Below are positions 31,294 to 46,293 of a stretch of 64,000 bases of DNA, in pieces. The stretch spans positions 64,001-128,000 of the forward strand of contig CAVYSY010000052.1 in NCBI GenBank assembly GCA_963771175.1. Direction: 5' to 3'. Numbering within the stretch: position 1 is the first letter of the stretch; every line of letters starts with the position of its first letter. The notes beneath the pieces are model-generated. The model saw only the letters and a program-made list of their open reading frames with translations. It made no database searches and was not told the origin of the DNA. A program made the translations under genes and the position numbers. This DNA comes from an uncultured delta proteobacterium. GTDB taxonomy: Bacteria > Myxococcota > Myxococcia > Myxococcales > Myxococcaceae.

Positions 31294-34200
31294 GTGCGGA
31301 ACACCGGGGCAAGGCATGAGCTGTACGAGGAGGAGTTGCTCCTCGCGCTGGACGCGGGGCTGCTCTCCCACGAGGAGGCGGCGGCCCTGCGCGAGGAGGC
31401 GCTCCGTCTGGCGCGCGGCCCCCTGGAGTTGCTGAGGGAGCGGGACCTCCTCTCCGAGGACACCCTGCTCCAGTTGCGCGCGGAGCTCTCCCGCGAGGAC
31501 ACGAACCGGCACGAGGACTCGCCCTCCGGTGGCGCCCGGCCCGAGGAGGCCCCCACCCTGCCCCCCGTCACGCCGGGAGCCCCGGCGCCCTCGGCCAGCG
31601 GGCCCTCCAGCGAGAAGCAGGAGCCCGCCTTCCCCGTGCTGGGCTGGGACCACTACCAGCCCGTGCGCTTCCTCGGCCAGGGCGGCATGGGGCAGGTGTT
31701 CCTCGCGTATGACCCGCGGCTGCGCCGCAACGTGGCCCTCAAGTTCGTTCGCGGCGAGGACCCCGAGCTCGCGCGCCGCTTCCTCTCGGAGGCCCGCGCC
31801 CAGGCCCGGGTGCGCCACGAGCGCGTGTGCGAGGTGTACGAGGTCGGCGAGGTCGCAGGGCCGCGGCTACATCGCCATGCGGTACGTGGACGGGCAACCC
31901 CTCGGCGCGCTCGCGGGCACCCTCACCCTGGAGCAGAAGGTGCTGGCGCTGCGCCAGGCCTGCGAGGGCGTGCACGCGGCCCACCGCGCCGGCCTCGTCC
32001 ACCGCGACCTCAAGCCCGCCAACATCCTGGTGGAGCGCACCGAGGACGGGGGCCTCTCGCCCTTCGTCATGGACTTCGGCCTCGCGCGCGACTGGCGGGA
32101 CGAGGGCACGGCCACGCACGGGGTGGTGGGCACTCCCCACTACATGGCTCCCGAGCAGGCCCGGGGCGAGGTGGCCCGCCTGGACCGGCGCGTGGACGTC
32201 TACGCCCTGGGCGCCACGCTCTACACCCTGCTGGTGGGCCAGCCCCCCTTCACCGGCACCAACGCCCTCGAGGTGCTCACCCGCATCCAGTCCGAGGAGC
32301 CTCGCCCCCCGCGCGCGCTGGACAAGGACGTGCCGGAGGACCTGGAGGCCATCGTCCTCAAGTGCCTGGAGAAGGAGCGCTCGGCCCGCTACGACTCGGC
32401 GCGCGCGCTCGCCGAGGACCTGGAGCGCTTCCTCGCCGGAGAGCCGGTGCGGGCTCGCCAGGGCCTGGGCTACCGGCTGCGCAAGAGGGCCCGCAAGCAC
32501 CGGGGGGTGCTGTCCCTGGCCGCCTCCTCGCTGCTGGTGGTGACGCTGGCCCTCGGGCAGGCCGTGCTCGCCCGCCGCGAGGGGGCCGAGCGCGAGCGCC
32601 TCTCCCGCCACTTCACCGAGAGGGTGGAGCGGATGGAGGCCTCGGCGCGCTACTCCGCCCTGTCCCCGCTGCACGACACCCGCGAGGACCGCGAGGCCCT
32701 CCGGGCGGGGATGACCGCACTGGAGGCCGAGGTGCACCAGGCCGGCCCCCAGGCCCAGGGCCCGGGACACTACGCCCTGGGCCGCGCGCGGCTGGCCCTG
32801 GACGACCTGGAGGGAGCGCGCGAGCAGCTCGAGTCCGCCTGGGCGCTCGGCTACCGCGAGCCGCGGGTGGCCTGGGCGCTCGCGCTGGTGCTGGGCCATC
32901 TCTACCGGGAGCAGCTCCTGCTGGACGTGGAGCGCCGCGAGCCCCGAGCAGCGCGAGGCCCGCCGCCGCGAGCTCGAGCAGCGCTACCGGGACCCGGCCC
33001 TCGCGTACCTCCGCCAGGCCGAGGGCCCCGGCGTCCCCGCCCCTCCTTTATATGTGAAGGCGCTGCTCGCCTTCTTCGAGGGCCGCCACGAGGAGGCCCT
33101 GGCCCACCTGGACGCCATGGGCGGCGCGCGGCCCTGGTTCTACGAGGCACCGCTGCTGCGCGGCGACATCCTCCTGGCCCGGGCCACCTCGCGCTGGAGC
33201 CAGGGCGAGCGCGACGGCGCCCAGGCGGACCTCGACGCCGGCCGCCGGGCCTATGCCGCCGCCATCGCCATCGCCGAGAGCGCGCCCGCCGTCGCACCAC
33301 GCCCTGGGCCTGCTGGAGCTCGCCGCGCTCGTCATGGAGCTGTACGGCCAGGGCAACGTCCTGCCCCACTACGAGCGCGGCCTGGAGGCCCTCTCCCGCG
33401 CGCTCACCGCCGACGTCCGACCACTACCGCTCCCATCGTGCTGGTGGCCCGCCTGCACCGCCGGCTCGCCGAGCACCGCGCCACCCGGGGCGGCGAGGAC
33501 GTGGTGCCGCTGCTGGAGAAGTCCCTCGCCGCCGCGCGCGACGCCTCGCGACTCGCGCCTCCGAGCGCCCGCGTCCCGCTGGAGCTGGCCGTCACCCACA
33601 GGCAGTGGGCCCGCTACCTCCAGCAGCGCGGGGAGGACCCTCGCGAGCAGCTCCGCCTGGCCCTCGAGGCCTTCGAGCGCCTGCGCCCCGAGGAGCGGGA
33701 CTACGCCTTCCACGCCAACCTCGGCATGCTCCACCAGGTGTGGGCCGATTACGAGAGCGAGCACGGGGGGGAGCCGCTCGTCCACCAGGACCGGGCCATC
33801 GCCGCCTACCGCGAGGCCATCCACCTGGACGAGCGTCAGGCGGATGCGTGGATCAACCTGGGCAACGCCTGGCGCAAGCGGGCCTCGTTCCCGGGCGCGA
33901 CGGACGCGGAGGGAGACCTGGGGCGGGCCCGAGAAGCCCTGGAGCGGGCGCGCGGCCTCAACCCGGCCAACGTGGTGGCCTGCTACCAGGGAGCCTATGT
34001 CTCCAAGCAGCTCGCCCAGCGGAGCCGGGACCGGGGCGAGGAGTACGGGCCGGACCTGGAGAAGGCCCTGGCGCTCTACCGCGAGGGGCTGGCCCTCAAC
34101 CCCAAGCTGCCGCAGCTCCACGACGGCCTGGGCGTGGCGCTGCTGTGGCAGGCGGAACAACTCTGGGATGACGGCGGAGACCCCGAGCCGCTGCTCACCG

Positions 34201-35001
34201 AGGCCCGGCGGGCCTTCGAGCAGGCCCGGGCCGTGGCGCCCCAGCAGGCCTTCGCCACCAACAACCTCGGCGAGGTGGAGGTGACGCGGGCCTCGTTCCA
34301 GCTCGCGCGCGGGGAGGACCCGGGCCCCAGCGCGAGCGCGGCCGTGAAGTCCTACCGCGCAGGCGCTCGCGCTGCTGCCCGGCGATGCCGACCTGTGGGC
34401 CAACCTGGCCCGGGCGCACGTCCTGCGGGCCACCTGGAGGTTGGAGCAGGGAGAAGACCCGGAGCCGGAGCTCGCCCGGGCCGAGGAGGCCCTGACGCGC
34501 GCGCACGCGCTCAACCCCCGCCTGGGCCACGCGTGGCGCAACCTCGGGGAGGCACGGGGCGTCAGGGCGCGCTGGCTGGCCCGGAAGGACGAGGCGCGGG
34601 AGGAGGACTTCCAGGAGGCGGCCCAGGCCTTCCAGCAAGCCCTGGAGCTGGCGCCCGAGAAGCTGGAGTACCGGCTCGCCGCCGGCCACCTCCAGCGTGA
34701 CTGGGCCGGGTGGAGGCAGCGCCGGGGCGAGGACCCCGTCCCGGAGTTGGAGCGAGGCCTCGAGCTGGCCGGACAGGCCCTGGCCTCGCGCCCCCAGTGG
34801 GCCCGTGCCCGGGTGCTGCGCGCCAGCGTGCTGCTGGCGCTGGCGGGTACGGATGCCCCGCCCGAGCAGCGGCGGACATGGGCGGCGCGGGCCCGGGAGG
34901 ACCTGGAGCTGGCACTGGCCCACAATCCCCACCTCGGGCCCGCGTGGCGCGGCCGCCTCACCGCGTTGCACGAGCCCGAGGCCGGCGCGCCGGTGCCTTA
35001 G
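31294..35001 (+). CDS. Ser/Thr protein kinase with TM segment and TPR-like repeats (about 5 frameshifts)
   Basis: LGQGGMGQV, VALK, HRDLKPANIL, DFGLAR, GTPHYMAPEQ, DVYALG; helical repeats such as AWINLGNA and AWRNLGE. Confidence 0.88.
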
Positions 35002-35357
35002 CGCTTCTCCTTGTCCTTCGGAGGATCCGTCGTCACATCCAGCTCGCCCTGCTTCGCTTCCGTTCCCGCCCAGCTTCTGCGCGTGACGCGCTGGCCCAAG
35101 ACCTCCACCGAGTACGTGTACGTGCGTCTTCGCGGCGAGTGGAGGAGACCGCCCGGGGTGAGCACGAGGCCGTGAGCGAGTTGCTCCCGTCCAGCGTGAG
35201 GGGCGTGGAGTCGGTGAGGCAACAGGGCGTGTCGAAGGTCACCGAGACGTCCTGGGTGCCCTCCACCTGAAAGGTCACCGTGTCCCCGTGTTGGATGGAC
35301 CGTCGGGTTGGGGCGGGGATCTCCACCTTCCAGGATCTCGATAATGATGTTGGCCAT
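34998..35357 (-). CDS. Small hypothetical beta-rich protein (frameshifted)
   Basis: MANIIIEILEGG / IQHGDTVTFQVEG / YTYSVEV...GELDVTTDPP pieces in adjacent frames; AGGAG RBS and upstream sigma54-like site. Confidence 0.55.
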   Translation of the reverse strand: MANIIIEILEGGDPRPNPTVHPTRGHGDLSGGGHPGRLGDLRHALLPHRLHAPHAGREQLAHGLVLTPGGLLHSPRRRTYTYSVEVLGQRVTRRSWAGTEAKQGELDVTTDPPKDKEKR

Positions 35358-35417
35358 GGCTCTTGGGCTCCTCGTGTCCCTCGCGGGGACGTTGGATGAA
35401 CGTTGCCAGCGGAAGAT

Positions 35418-35433
35418 TGCAGGCACCGTACCA
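35418..35433 (-). promoter_or_regulatory. Putative sigma54 promoter of the small gene
   Basis: Minus strand TGGTACGGTGCCTGCA = GG-N10-GC; inverted repeat GACACGTCA-N11-TGACGTGTC at 35504..35532 upstream. Confidence 0.6.
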
Positions 35434-35530
35434 GCGACCCTGACACGCTCTCGCCTCGGGAGCACCGTGCACCCGGCCGCACCGGAGCCCGGCGGCACTC
35501 ACGGACACGTCACCGGCCGGGACTGACGTG

Positions 35531-37155
<1,625 letters not shown>

Positions 37156-37207
37156 GGGCCTTCTGGACGGCGGCAGTGCCGCTCAGAAGTCTACACCGCC
37201 CCGGGTG

Positions 37208-37774
37208 TCACGGAGAGGGCCGCCAGAGCACCTCGAGCTCCAGCTCCACGGCCTCGAAGGGCTCCGCCCGGATGCCCTGCTCCCCACCATGGTTGCCGAT
37301 GAGCACCCAGCGGTCCTCCTCGCGACGGAAGACCTCGAGCGTCCGGGACACCGGCTCGATGAGCCAGACGTGACCAACCCGCTCGCGCATGTACACGGGC
37401 ATCTTCCGCACCCGATCGAGCACCGCGGTCGAGGGGGAGAGCACCTCACAGACCCAGTCCGGCGGAAGCGTGAAGAAGGGCGCATCGGGAGACACCGGCA
37501 TCCGCGAGCGCTTCCATCCGGCCAGGTCCGGGACGAGGACGTCCTTGCCGAAGTGAAGCTCCGGCTCATCGAAGATCCACCAGCCCCCCGGGCCGCCCTC
37601 CCCCAACTGGAAGGGCCCGCCCAGCTTGATCCCCAGAGTGGACGCAACGAGGACATGACGGCTGGCGGGCCGGGGCGAAACGGAGAGCTCGCCCCCGATG
37701 AGCTCACCCACCACCGTCTCCGGCAGGGCACGGAGATCCTCGTACGTCGCGGGCTTCTTGACCGTGGTCGTCAT
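37208..37774 (-). CDS. Uma2 family endonuclease-like protein
   Basis: ATYEDL...GELIGGEL..SPRP, EPELH, LVPDLAGW, PDWVCEVLSPST, VWLIEP. Confidence 0.9.
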   Translation of the reverse strand: MTTTVKKPATYEDLRALPETVVGELIGGELSVSPRPASRHVLVASTLGIKLGGPFQLGEGGPGGWWIFDEPELHFGKDVLVPDLAGWKRSRMPVSPDAPFFTLPPDWVCEVLSPSTAVLDRVRKMPVYMRERVGHVWLIEPVSRTLEVFRREEDRWVLIGNHGGEQGIRAEPFEAVELELEVLWRPSP

Positions 37775-38103
37775 GAGTTCCGAGGAGAGCAGAGCACGAC
37801 CCCGCCAGCCTGGGGAAGCATCCTCTTGGGACATGATGGGTTGCATGACCTTAAAAGTAACATAGGCATCACCCAGACCTCCAGGGTAATCCGCATCCAG
37901 ACAACTCCTGGAGTCACCCCGGCGCACGAACACCGCGCAGGGTCCACCTGTCTCCCCGCCCATCCTCCCTCCGAGGAGACGACCGCTCCCCTGCGAGCCA
38001 GGTCTCCTCCCTGGACCTCCCCACCGGGGCCTCGGCGGCTCGGGCGCGGAGTGTGCATTTTTGGAGGGAAGGTACGGGCTGGAGGAGACGCGAACCTCTC
38101 CGG

Positions 38104-38140
38104 GCGCAACGCTTGCGCTCCAGGTGCGCAGCTGTTGCGC
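38104..38140. promoter_or_regulatory. Tandem palindromic activator sites GCGCA-N5-TGCGC
   Basis: GCGCAACGCTTGCGC (38104..38118) and GCGCAGCTGTTGCGC (38126..38140), 22-bp period, upstream of sigma54-like TGGCACGGGACATGGA (38182..38197). Confidence 0.65.
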
Positions 38141-38213
38141 ACCAGCCCGCCCGTGCCCGGGTCCGTCCCTCGGAGCGGTGCTGGCACGGGACATGGAATG
38201 GTAATGAGGTGTT

Positions 38214-38639
38214 ATGACTCGCATCCTCATCGCGGTCGATGGCTCCGCCCCCTCGCAGCGGGCGCTGGAGTTCGGTGCCTCCCTGGCGGCGAAGCTGGGC
38301 GAGGGCATCGTGCTGCTCCACGTCATGCCCCAGGTGGCGCTCCCACTGGGAGGCGGTGGCCCCGGTTCGCTCTCCGAGCTGCAGCAGTCCCTCCGAGCCG
38401 AGGGCACCCAACTGCTGGAGGCCCTGGCGGACAAGGCCCGCTCGCATGGCGTGGCGGTGGAGACGGAGCTGGGAGTAGGAGACCCGGCCATCGCCATCTA
38501 CGACCGCGCGGAGTTGGAGGACGTGCGGATGGTGGTGATGGGGAGCCGTGGGCAGGGTACGGTGGCGAGGCTGCTGCTCGGCAGCGTGGCCACCAAGGTG
38601 GTGCACACGTCGACCCGACCCGTGGTGGTGGTGCGGTAG
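38214..38639 (+). CDS. Universal stress protein
   Basis: ILIAVDGS, GDPA..I, VVMGSRG...LLGSVATKVV. Confidence 0.92.
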   Translation: MTRILIAVDGSAPSQRALEFGASLAAKLGEGIVLLHVMPQVALPLGGGGPGSLSELQQSLRAEGTQLLEALADKARSHGVAVETELGVGDPAIAIYDRAELEDVRMVVMGSRGQGTVARLLLGSVATKVVHTSTRPVVVVR

Positions 38640-38655
38640 GCGGGCCTGGAGGTAG

Positions 38656-41602
<2,947 letters not shown>

Positions 41603-41605
41603 AGG

Positions 41606-43066
41606 CTAGTGCAGGAGGTCGGAGCCCTCGGGCTGGGCCTCCGGTGGGTGCGCCGCCGCGCGGGACAGGGGCAGGCGCACGCGGAAGGTGGAGCCCACAC
41701 TGGGGCGACTCTCCACCTCGATGCGGCCCCCGTGGGCCTCGACGATGCGCCGGGCCACGGACAGGCCGAGCCCCACGCCCGGGGCCTTCTCGCGGGCCCG
41801 CCCCGAGCGCCGGAAGGGAGTGAAGAGGTTGCGCATCTCCTCGGCCGAGACGCCGATGCCCCGGTCCACCACGGACAGCACCGCCTCGTCCCCCTCGCGG
41901 CGCACAATCACATCCACCCGGCTCCCCGTGGGCGAGTACTTCAACGCGTTGCTCACCAGGTTGTGCAGCACCTGCTCCACGCGCGTGCCATCGCACTTCA
42001 GGAGGACGGGCTCCTCGGGCAGGTCGAGCCGCAGGTCATGCGAGGAGCCTCCCGCCAGGTACAGCTCCGCCACCTCGCTAGCCAGGTCGCGGACGTCATG
42101 CTCCTCCAACTGCAGCTCGAAGCGGCCAGCCTCGATGTGGGTGGAGTCGAGCAGGTCCCCCACCATCCGGTCCAACCGGGCCACCTGGCGGCGCACGAGG
42201 GCCATCGTCTTCTGCATGCGCTCCTCGGTGACGGGGCGGCCGGAGGTGACGAGCGCGGCGGACATCTTCAGGGCGGAGAGGGGGTTGCGCAGGTCATGCG
42301 CCACACCGGCGAGGAAGGTGAGCTGCTCCTCCTGCTGGCGCCCCAGGGAGTTGGCCATCTCGTTGAAGGTGCGGGCTATCTCGCGCAGCTCGGTGGGGCC
42401 CTCCTCGGGAGCACGGGTGCGCTTGCGCCCGCTGCCGAAGCGGTGCATGGCGCGGCTGATGTCGAGCAGGGGACGGAAGACGGAGCGGCGCATCCACAGC
42501 AGCATCACCGTGCCGCCGAGCACCAGGAGCACGGCCACGCCCACACCGCCGATATTGGCGAGGTGATCCCACCGGTCCGCCAGGGACTGGGCGCGGCGGG
42601 CCTCCTCCACGTTGAAGTCGACGAGTCGTCCCAGGGCCTGGAGGGCCGCCTCCAGGGGAGAACCCAGCGCCAGTGCCGACTTCCGCTCCTCCGGCAGGTT
42701 CCGCACCTCTTCACGCTTGAGCAGGTAGAAGGAGATGGCCTGCTCGGCCTCGGCGAGCAGCGCCCGCTCCTGCTCCGATGGCGCCTGGCGCCGGGCCTCG
42801 GCGAGGTGGGCGCGGATGGCGGCCTCCGTCTCGGCGAGCGAGCGGTCGGTATCGGAGGGCAGGGTCCGCTCGGAGGCGGACAACCGGACGAGGGTGAGCA
42901 GGTCGACCTGGAGTGCCTCGGCGAGCCGGACGCCCTCCACCGAATTACCGAGGCTCTCGGTGGTGTGGTGCAGGTAGCTCGTCAGGATGATGAGCGAGGC
43001 AGCGCCCGCAAGGGAGAGTGCCCCCAGCGCAACGAGGGTCATGGTCATGATCCGCTTGAGGCTCAT
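41606..43066 (-). CDS. HAMP-domain sensor histidine kinase
   Basis: Two TM segments, HAMP (FNEMA), AHDLRNPL H-box, NLVSNALKY, DRGIG, GVGLGL. Confidence 0.92.
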   Translation of the reverse strand: MSLKRIMTMTLVALGALSLAGAASLIILTSYLHHTTESLGNSVEGVRLAEALQVDLLTLVRLSASERTLPSDTDRSLAETEAAIRAHLAEARRQAPSEQERALLAEAEQAISFYLLKREEVRNLPEERKSALALGSPLEAALQALGRLVDFNVEEARRAQSLADRWDHLANIGGVGVAVLLVLGGTVMLLWMRRSVFRPLLDISRAMHRFGSGRKRTRAPEEGPTELREIARTFNEMANSLGRQQEEQLTFLAGVAHDLRNPLSALKMSAALVTSGRPVTEERMQKTMALVRRQVARLDRMVGDLLDSTHIEAGRFELQLEEHDVRDLASEVAELYLAGGSSHDLRLDLPEEPVLLKCDGTRVEQVLHNLVSNALKYSPTGSRVDVIVRREGDEAVLSVVDRGIGVSAEEMRNLFTPFRRSGRAREKAPGVGLGLSVARRIVEAHGGRIEVESRPSVGSTFRVRLPLSRAAAHPPEAQPEGSDLLH

Positions 43067-43336
43067 GCCGCCTCCGGGTGGAAGGAGCACAGACGGCGCG
43101 GAGCGCGGCGGGGGATGCAGGGGTCCACGCGAGTCCTCCCGGAGTCGAGGGCGCGGGCCTCCGCGCCATACCTTCCAAACAGGAAGATGTGTCCGGGAGA
43201 AGCCAGTCGGCGCGGCCCGGTCGGAGAGCATCCGACGAGGCGGGGGTGGAGGAAGAGAGAGGCCCCCCACTCCCGCGGTTGCTCACGTTACGGGCTCACG
43301 GGCTAGATGCGCGTGTCGGAGCCCTTGGAGGTGTGC

Positions 43337-44149
43337 TCAGGCGCCGAATCCCCCGAGGGCGGTGCGGCTGAAGCTGGCGGCGCCCTGGCTGACGCGGACG
43401 GCGGACTGGCTGAAGACCTGGAAGGCCTTGCGGATGTCCTGGGCGCTCTGGCCGGGAGTGAGGATCCACTTGTCCTCGATGCCCATCTCGCGGAAGACCT
43501 TGCGGAAGTCGGTGCTGCCATCGTCGATGCCCATGGCGGCGACGATGTGATTCTCGGCGCGGCGCAGGTCATTCACGAGCGAGGCGACGTCCCGGGCGCG
43601 AGCGTTCTGCGAGTGGCAGTCGGCCCCATCGGTGATGAGGAGGGTGACGGTGCGAGCGGAGACGCCGTTGCGGGTGAACTCCTGGGCCTTGGCGAGCACG
43701 GTGCCGAGCAGGACGACGGCCTGGTCATAGAGGGGCGTGCCCTTGTCGGGGTCGTAGTTCTTCGCGTGCATGCGGACGACGTCCTCGAGGGGCCGGAAGG
43801 GGTTGAGGACGAAGCCGTTGAGGTAGCGGGTGTGGAAGAGGATGCCGTCCTTCTGCTGGCTGGAGAGGAGGGCATCGAGGACGAGGTTGTGGCCGTCGCA
43901 GACGGTGCGGGCGTGACCGGAGTGCTGGATGGAGCCGGAGTCATCGGGCATGACGGTGACGAGGACGACCTCGCTGGCCTGGACGTCATCGACGCTGATG
44001 CCGAGGCCGGCCTGGATCTGCGCGCCGAGGTCCACGACGGTGAGGGCCTGAAGGGCCTGGGGGCTGAGGACGCCCTCGGAGTGAGCGGCCTGGAAGAGCT
44101 GGGAGACATTGGCGCTGCCGCTGTTGCCATTGCTGGACTGGGAGCTCAT
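43337..44149 (-). CDS. vWA (MIDAS) domain protein, TerY-like
   Basis: PDDSGSI (DxSxS), GTPLYD, LLITDG motifs. Confidence 0.75.
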   Translation of the reverse strand: MSSQSSNGNSGSANVSQLFQAAHSEGVLSPQALQALTVVDLGAQIQAGLGISVDDVQASEVVLVTVMPDDSGSIQHSGHARTVCDGHNLVLDALLSSQQKDGILFHTRYLNGFVLNPFRPLEDVVRMHAKNYDPDKGTPLYDQAVVLLGTVLAKAQEFTRNGVSARTVTLLITDGADCHSQNARARDVASLVNDLRRAENHIVAAMGIDDGSTDFRKVFREMGIEDKWILTPGQSAQDIRKAFQVFSQSAVRVSQGAASFSRTALGGFGA

Positions 44150-44186
44150 CTGCGACTCCTTTCAAGAGAGAGGGGTGTGACGCCCG

Positions 44187-45257
44187 TTACGCGATGCGCA
44201 GGTCGGGCCAGGCGGCGAGCGGGTCGGTGGACTTCACGAGGTGCATGCCGGCATCGGCGAAGCGCTTGAGAGCGGACTCGGCCTGAGGGGTGAAGTCAGC
44301 GGCGAACCCGCCCTTGCCATCGGGGACGGTGACGGCGGACATGCAGTCGGTGAGCAGGTACACCTTGCGAGCGAGCGCGGCGTCCTGGGCGAGAATCTCC
44401 CCGAGCAGGTCATCGATGGAGCTCTTCACGCAGTGGCTGGCGGCCTGACCGGCGATGACGACGGCATCGGCGGTGAGGAGCGTCTTGAGGAACTGGGTAT
44501 TGCGCTGGGCGAGCGGCTGGCCGTCATGGCGAGTGAGGACCTCCGGGCGCAGGACGGAGTAGTTCTCGGTGAGGGGGTTGCCGCCCTTGACCTCGACCCA
44601 GGACTGAGCGCCGCGGGCGAACGAGTGGAACAGGCGGGCCTCCTGCACGACACCGGCGATGGCGTGCCCGTCGCCGCCGAGGAGGCAGTGAGGCGGCCAC
44701 AGGTAGAGCGTGTACTTGCCGGCGCGCTCGAGCTCCTCGCAGTAGTACTTCACCTGCTTGAGGAGCCAGGGGTAGTTGCCGCCGCAGAGCCACCTGGCGA
44801 CAGCGGGGTTGGGGCGCACCTGGCCGCGTTCAATCTGCTCGCGAGTGATTTCGCGGTAGGCGGTGAGGGGCTGGTCGTTCTGGTCGACCCAGAAGGACGG
44901 GAAGAAGATCTGGTAGGCGAAGTGGGTGTCCAACGTGGTGGTGACGTTGGTGAGGGCGCCGAGGTTCTTGTAGATGAACTCGGCGATGCGGCGGCTGTCG
45001 TCGATGGCGCCGCGACCGCTGCGACCGGCGACGTAGAGCGAGCCCTCGGGGAAGCAGAAGTCCTTCTGCACGTCGATGAGCAGCAGGTGGAGGTTGAAGG
45101 AGTCAGTGGCGGCGGCGGTGACGCCGTGGGCGCCGCGCCAGGACTGGGCCTCGGCCTGGAGACTCATGGCGTTGGGGCCGTAGGCATACGAGGCGGCATT
45201 GGCGGGCTTGTAGAACGACGGAAGCGGCAGTTCCTTCAGCTTCGACTGCGTCTTCAT
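44187..45257 (-). CDS. Long nicotinamidase/isochorismatase family protein
   Basis: LLIDVQKDFC, GSLYV, TLDTH, WPPHC, VKG, AGQAASHCVKSS (Asp-Lys-Cys triad plus metal ligands). Confidence 0.85.
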   Translation of the reverse strand: MKTQSKLKELPLPSFYKPANAASYAYGPNAMSLQAEAQSWRGAHGVTAAATDSFNLHLLLIDVQKDFCFPEGSLYVAGRSGRGAIDDSRRIAEFIYKNLGALTNVTTTLDTHFAYQIFFPSFWVDQNDQPLTAYREITREQIERGQVRPNPAVARWLCGGNYPWLLKQVKYYCEELERAGKYTLYLWPPHCLLGGDGHAIAGVVQEARLFHSFARGAQSWVEVKGGNPLTENYSVLRPEVLTRHDGQPLAQRNTQFLKTLLTADAVVIAGQAASHCVKSSIDDLLGEILAQDAALARKVYLLTDCMSAVTVPDGKGGFAADFTPQAESALKRFADAGMHLVKSTDPLAAWPDLRIA

Positions 45258-45268
45258 GTGCATCCCCC

Positions 45269-45316
45269 TTAGTGTCTCGACAACAACAACATAGTGTCCA
45301 ATCAACACCATGTCAA
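45269..45316 (-). promoter_or_regulatory. Sigma70-like promoter with two NrtR-type boxes upstream of the nicotinamidase
   Basis: TTGACA-17-TATGTT on the minus strand; boxes TTAGTGTCTCGACAACAACAA (45269..45289) and ATAGTGTCCAATCAACACCAT (45291..45311). Confidence 0.75.
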
Positions 45317-45357
45317 GGCACGTTGGGTTCGGAGGTCCGTGGCGTCAAGAAGCAGAA

Positions 45358-45389
45358 ACCCCGGGGCCTCACATCGAGGCACCCGGGGT
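45358..45389 (-). terminator. Putative intrinsic terminator
   Basis: GC-rich imperfect hairpin followed by TTCT on the minus strand, between the TA pair and the nicotinamidase promoter; short U tract. Confidence 0.45.
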
Positions 45390-45424
45390 GGGAAGCAGGA
45401 AGGGCTTCTGGGCGCGGTCTTGAA

Positions 45425-45451
45425 AAACCTGTCCGACAGTCGGACAGGTTT
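45425..45451. repeat. 27-bp perfect palindrome, REP-like interspersed repeat copy 2
   Basis: Identical to 16818..16844. Confidence 0.85.
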
Positions 45452-45550
45452 CTGAAAAGCGCGCCCGGGAGGTGGGGGTCTGAAACGACTTACTTTAGAG
45501 AGCCTGGCGGGGAACTCACGGACGACGAGCTCCGGAGCGCCCCTGGGCGC

Positions 45551-45889
45551 CTACGTTCCTCGCAGCAGCCGCGCCAGTAGGACGCTCTCCAGGTCCCTAC
45601 GTCCGTCCAGCACGGCCACCACGAAGACCCGGTCAGCCCCTATGCGGTAGAGGATGCGCCAGGGACGAACGATGAGTTCCCGATAGAGGCGGATATCGGA
45701 CCGCGCGAGCTCGGGCACCACGCGACCCCGGCGCGGCATCGTCTCCAGCCGTTGCGCAGCCTGCTCCAGCCGCTCCAAGACACGTGAAGCCGCACCCGGG
45801 TTCTCGCGCTCGATGAAGTCCACTAATTCGGAGAGGTCGGTGAGCGCCACCTCCGCCCACTCGACCTTGAAGCGTCTCGCCACACTCAC
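45551..45889 (-). CDS. RelE/ParE family toxin
   Basis: VEWAEVALTDL, GRVVPEL, RELIVRPWRILYRI, VLDGRRDL. Confidence 0.88.
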   Translation of the reverse strand: MSVARRFKVEWAEVALTDLSELVDFIERENPGAASRVLERLEQAAQRLETMPRRGRVVPELARSDIRLYRELIVRPWRILYRIGADRVFVVAVLDGRRDLESVLLARLLRGT

Positions 45890-46164
45890 TCCTTGATGGC
45901 GAGCCTCCGCCGAACACGGGCGAACGCTTCCGCTTGGGGAACGGTACGGCCCGCCTGGATGTCGGCTTCGCCCTGGGCGGTGAGCTTCAGGAGCAGTGTG
46001 GCATCACGAAGGGCCTCATAGGTGGCCACATCGAGGACGACCGCCTGAGCTTCCCCATGCTGGGTGATGACGACCGGCCGGCGAGAGCGCTTCACCTCGC
46101 GCAACAACTCGGCAGCGCGCGTCTTCATGTACGACACCGGCTTGATGTCCTCGGTCAGCTTCAC
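45886..46164 (-). CDS. Phd/YefM family antitoxin
   Basis: DIKPVSYMK, RPVVITQHGEAQAVV, GEADIQAGR; overlaps the toxin start. Confidence 0.88.
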   Translation of the reverse strand: MKLTEDIKPVSYMKTRAAELLREVKRSRRPVVITQHGEAQAVVLDVATYEALRDATLLLKLTAQGEADIQAGRTVPQAEAFARVRRRLAIKE

Positions 46165-46293
46165 GCCCCACTCCTCTCCAGGTCCAGACAAGGTACCAAC
46201 TTCAGCCCCGCTCGGCACGCACACCACGGAAGCCGGTCTCCTGGCAGGTATCCTAGAGTCCAAGGATCAGGGCAGGAACCACCTGTCCTGGGC

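Noticed and set aside
45269..45311. 22-bp periodic repeats as a mini CRISPR array
   Set aside because: Only pairs, no spacers, no cas genes; better explained as operators
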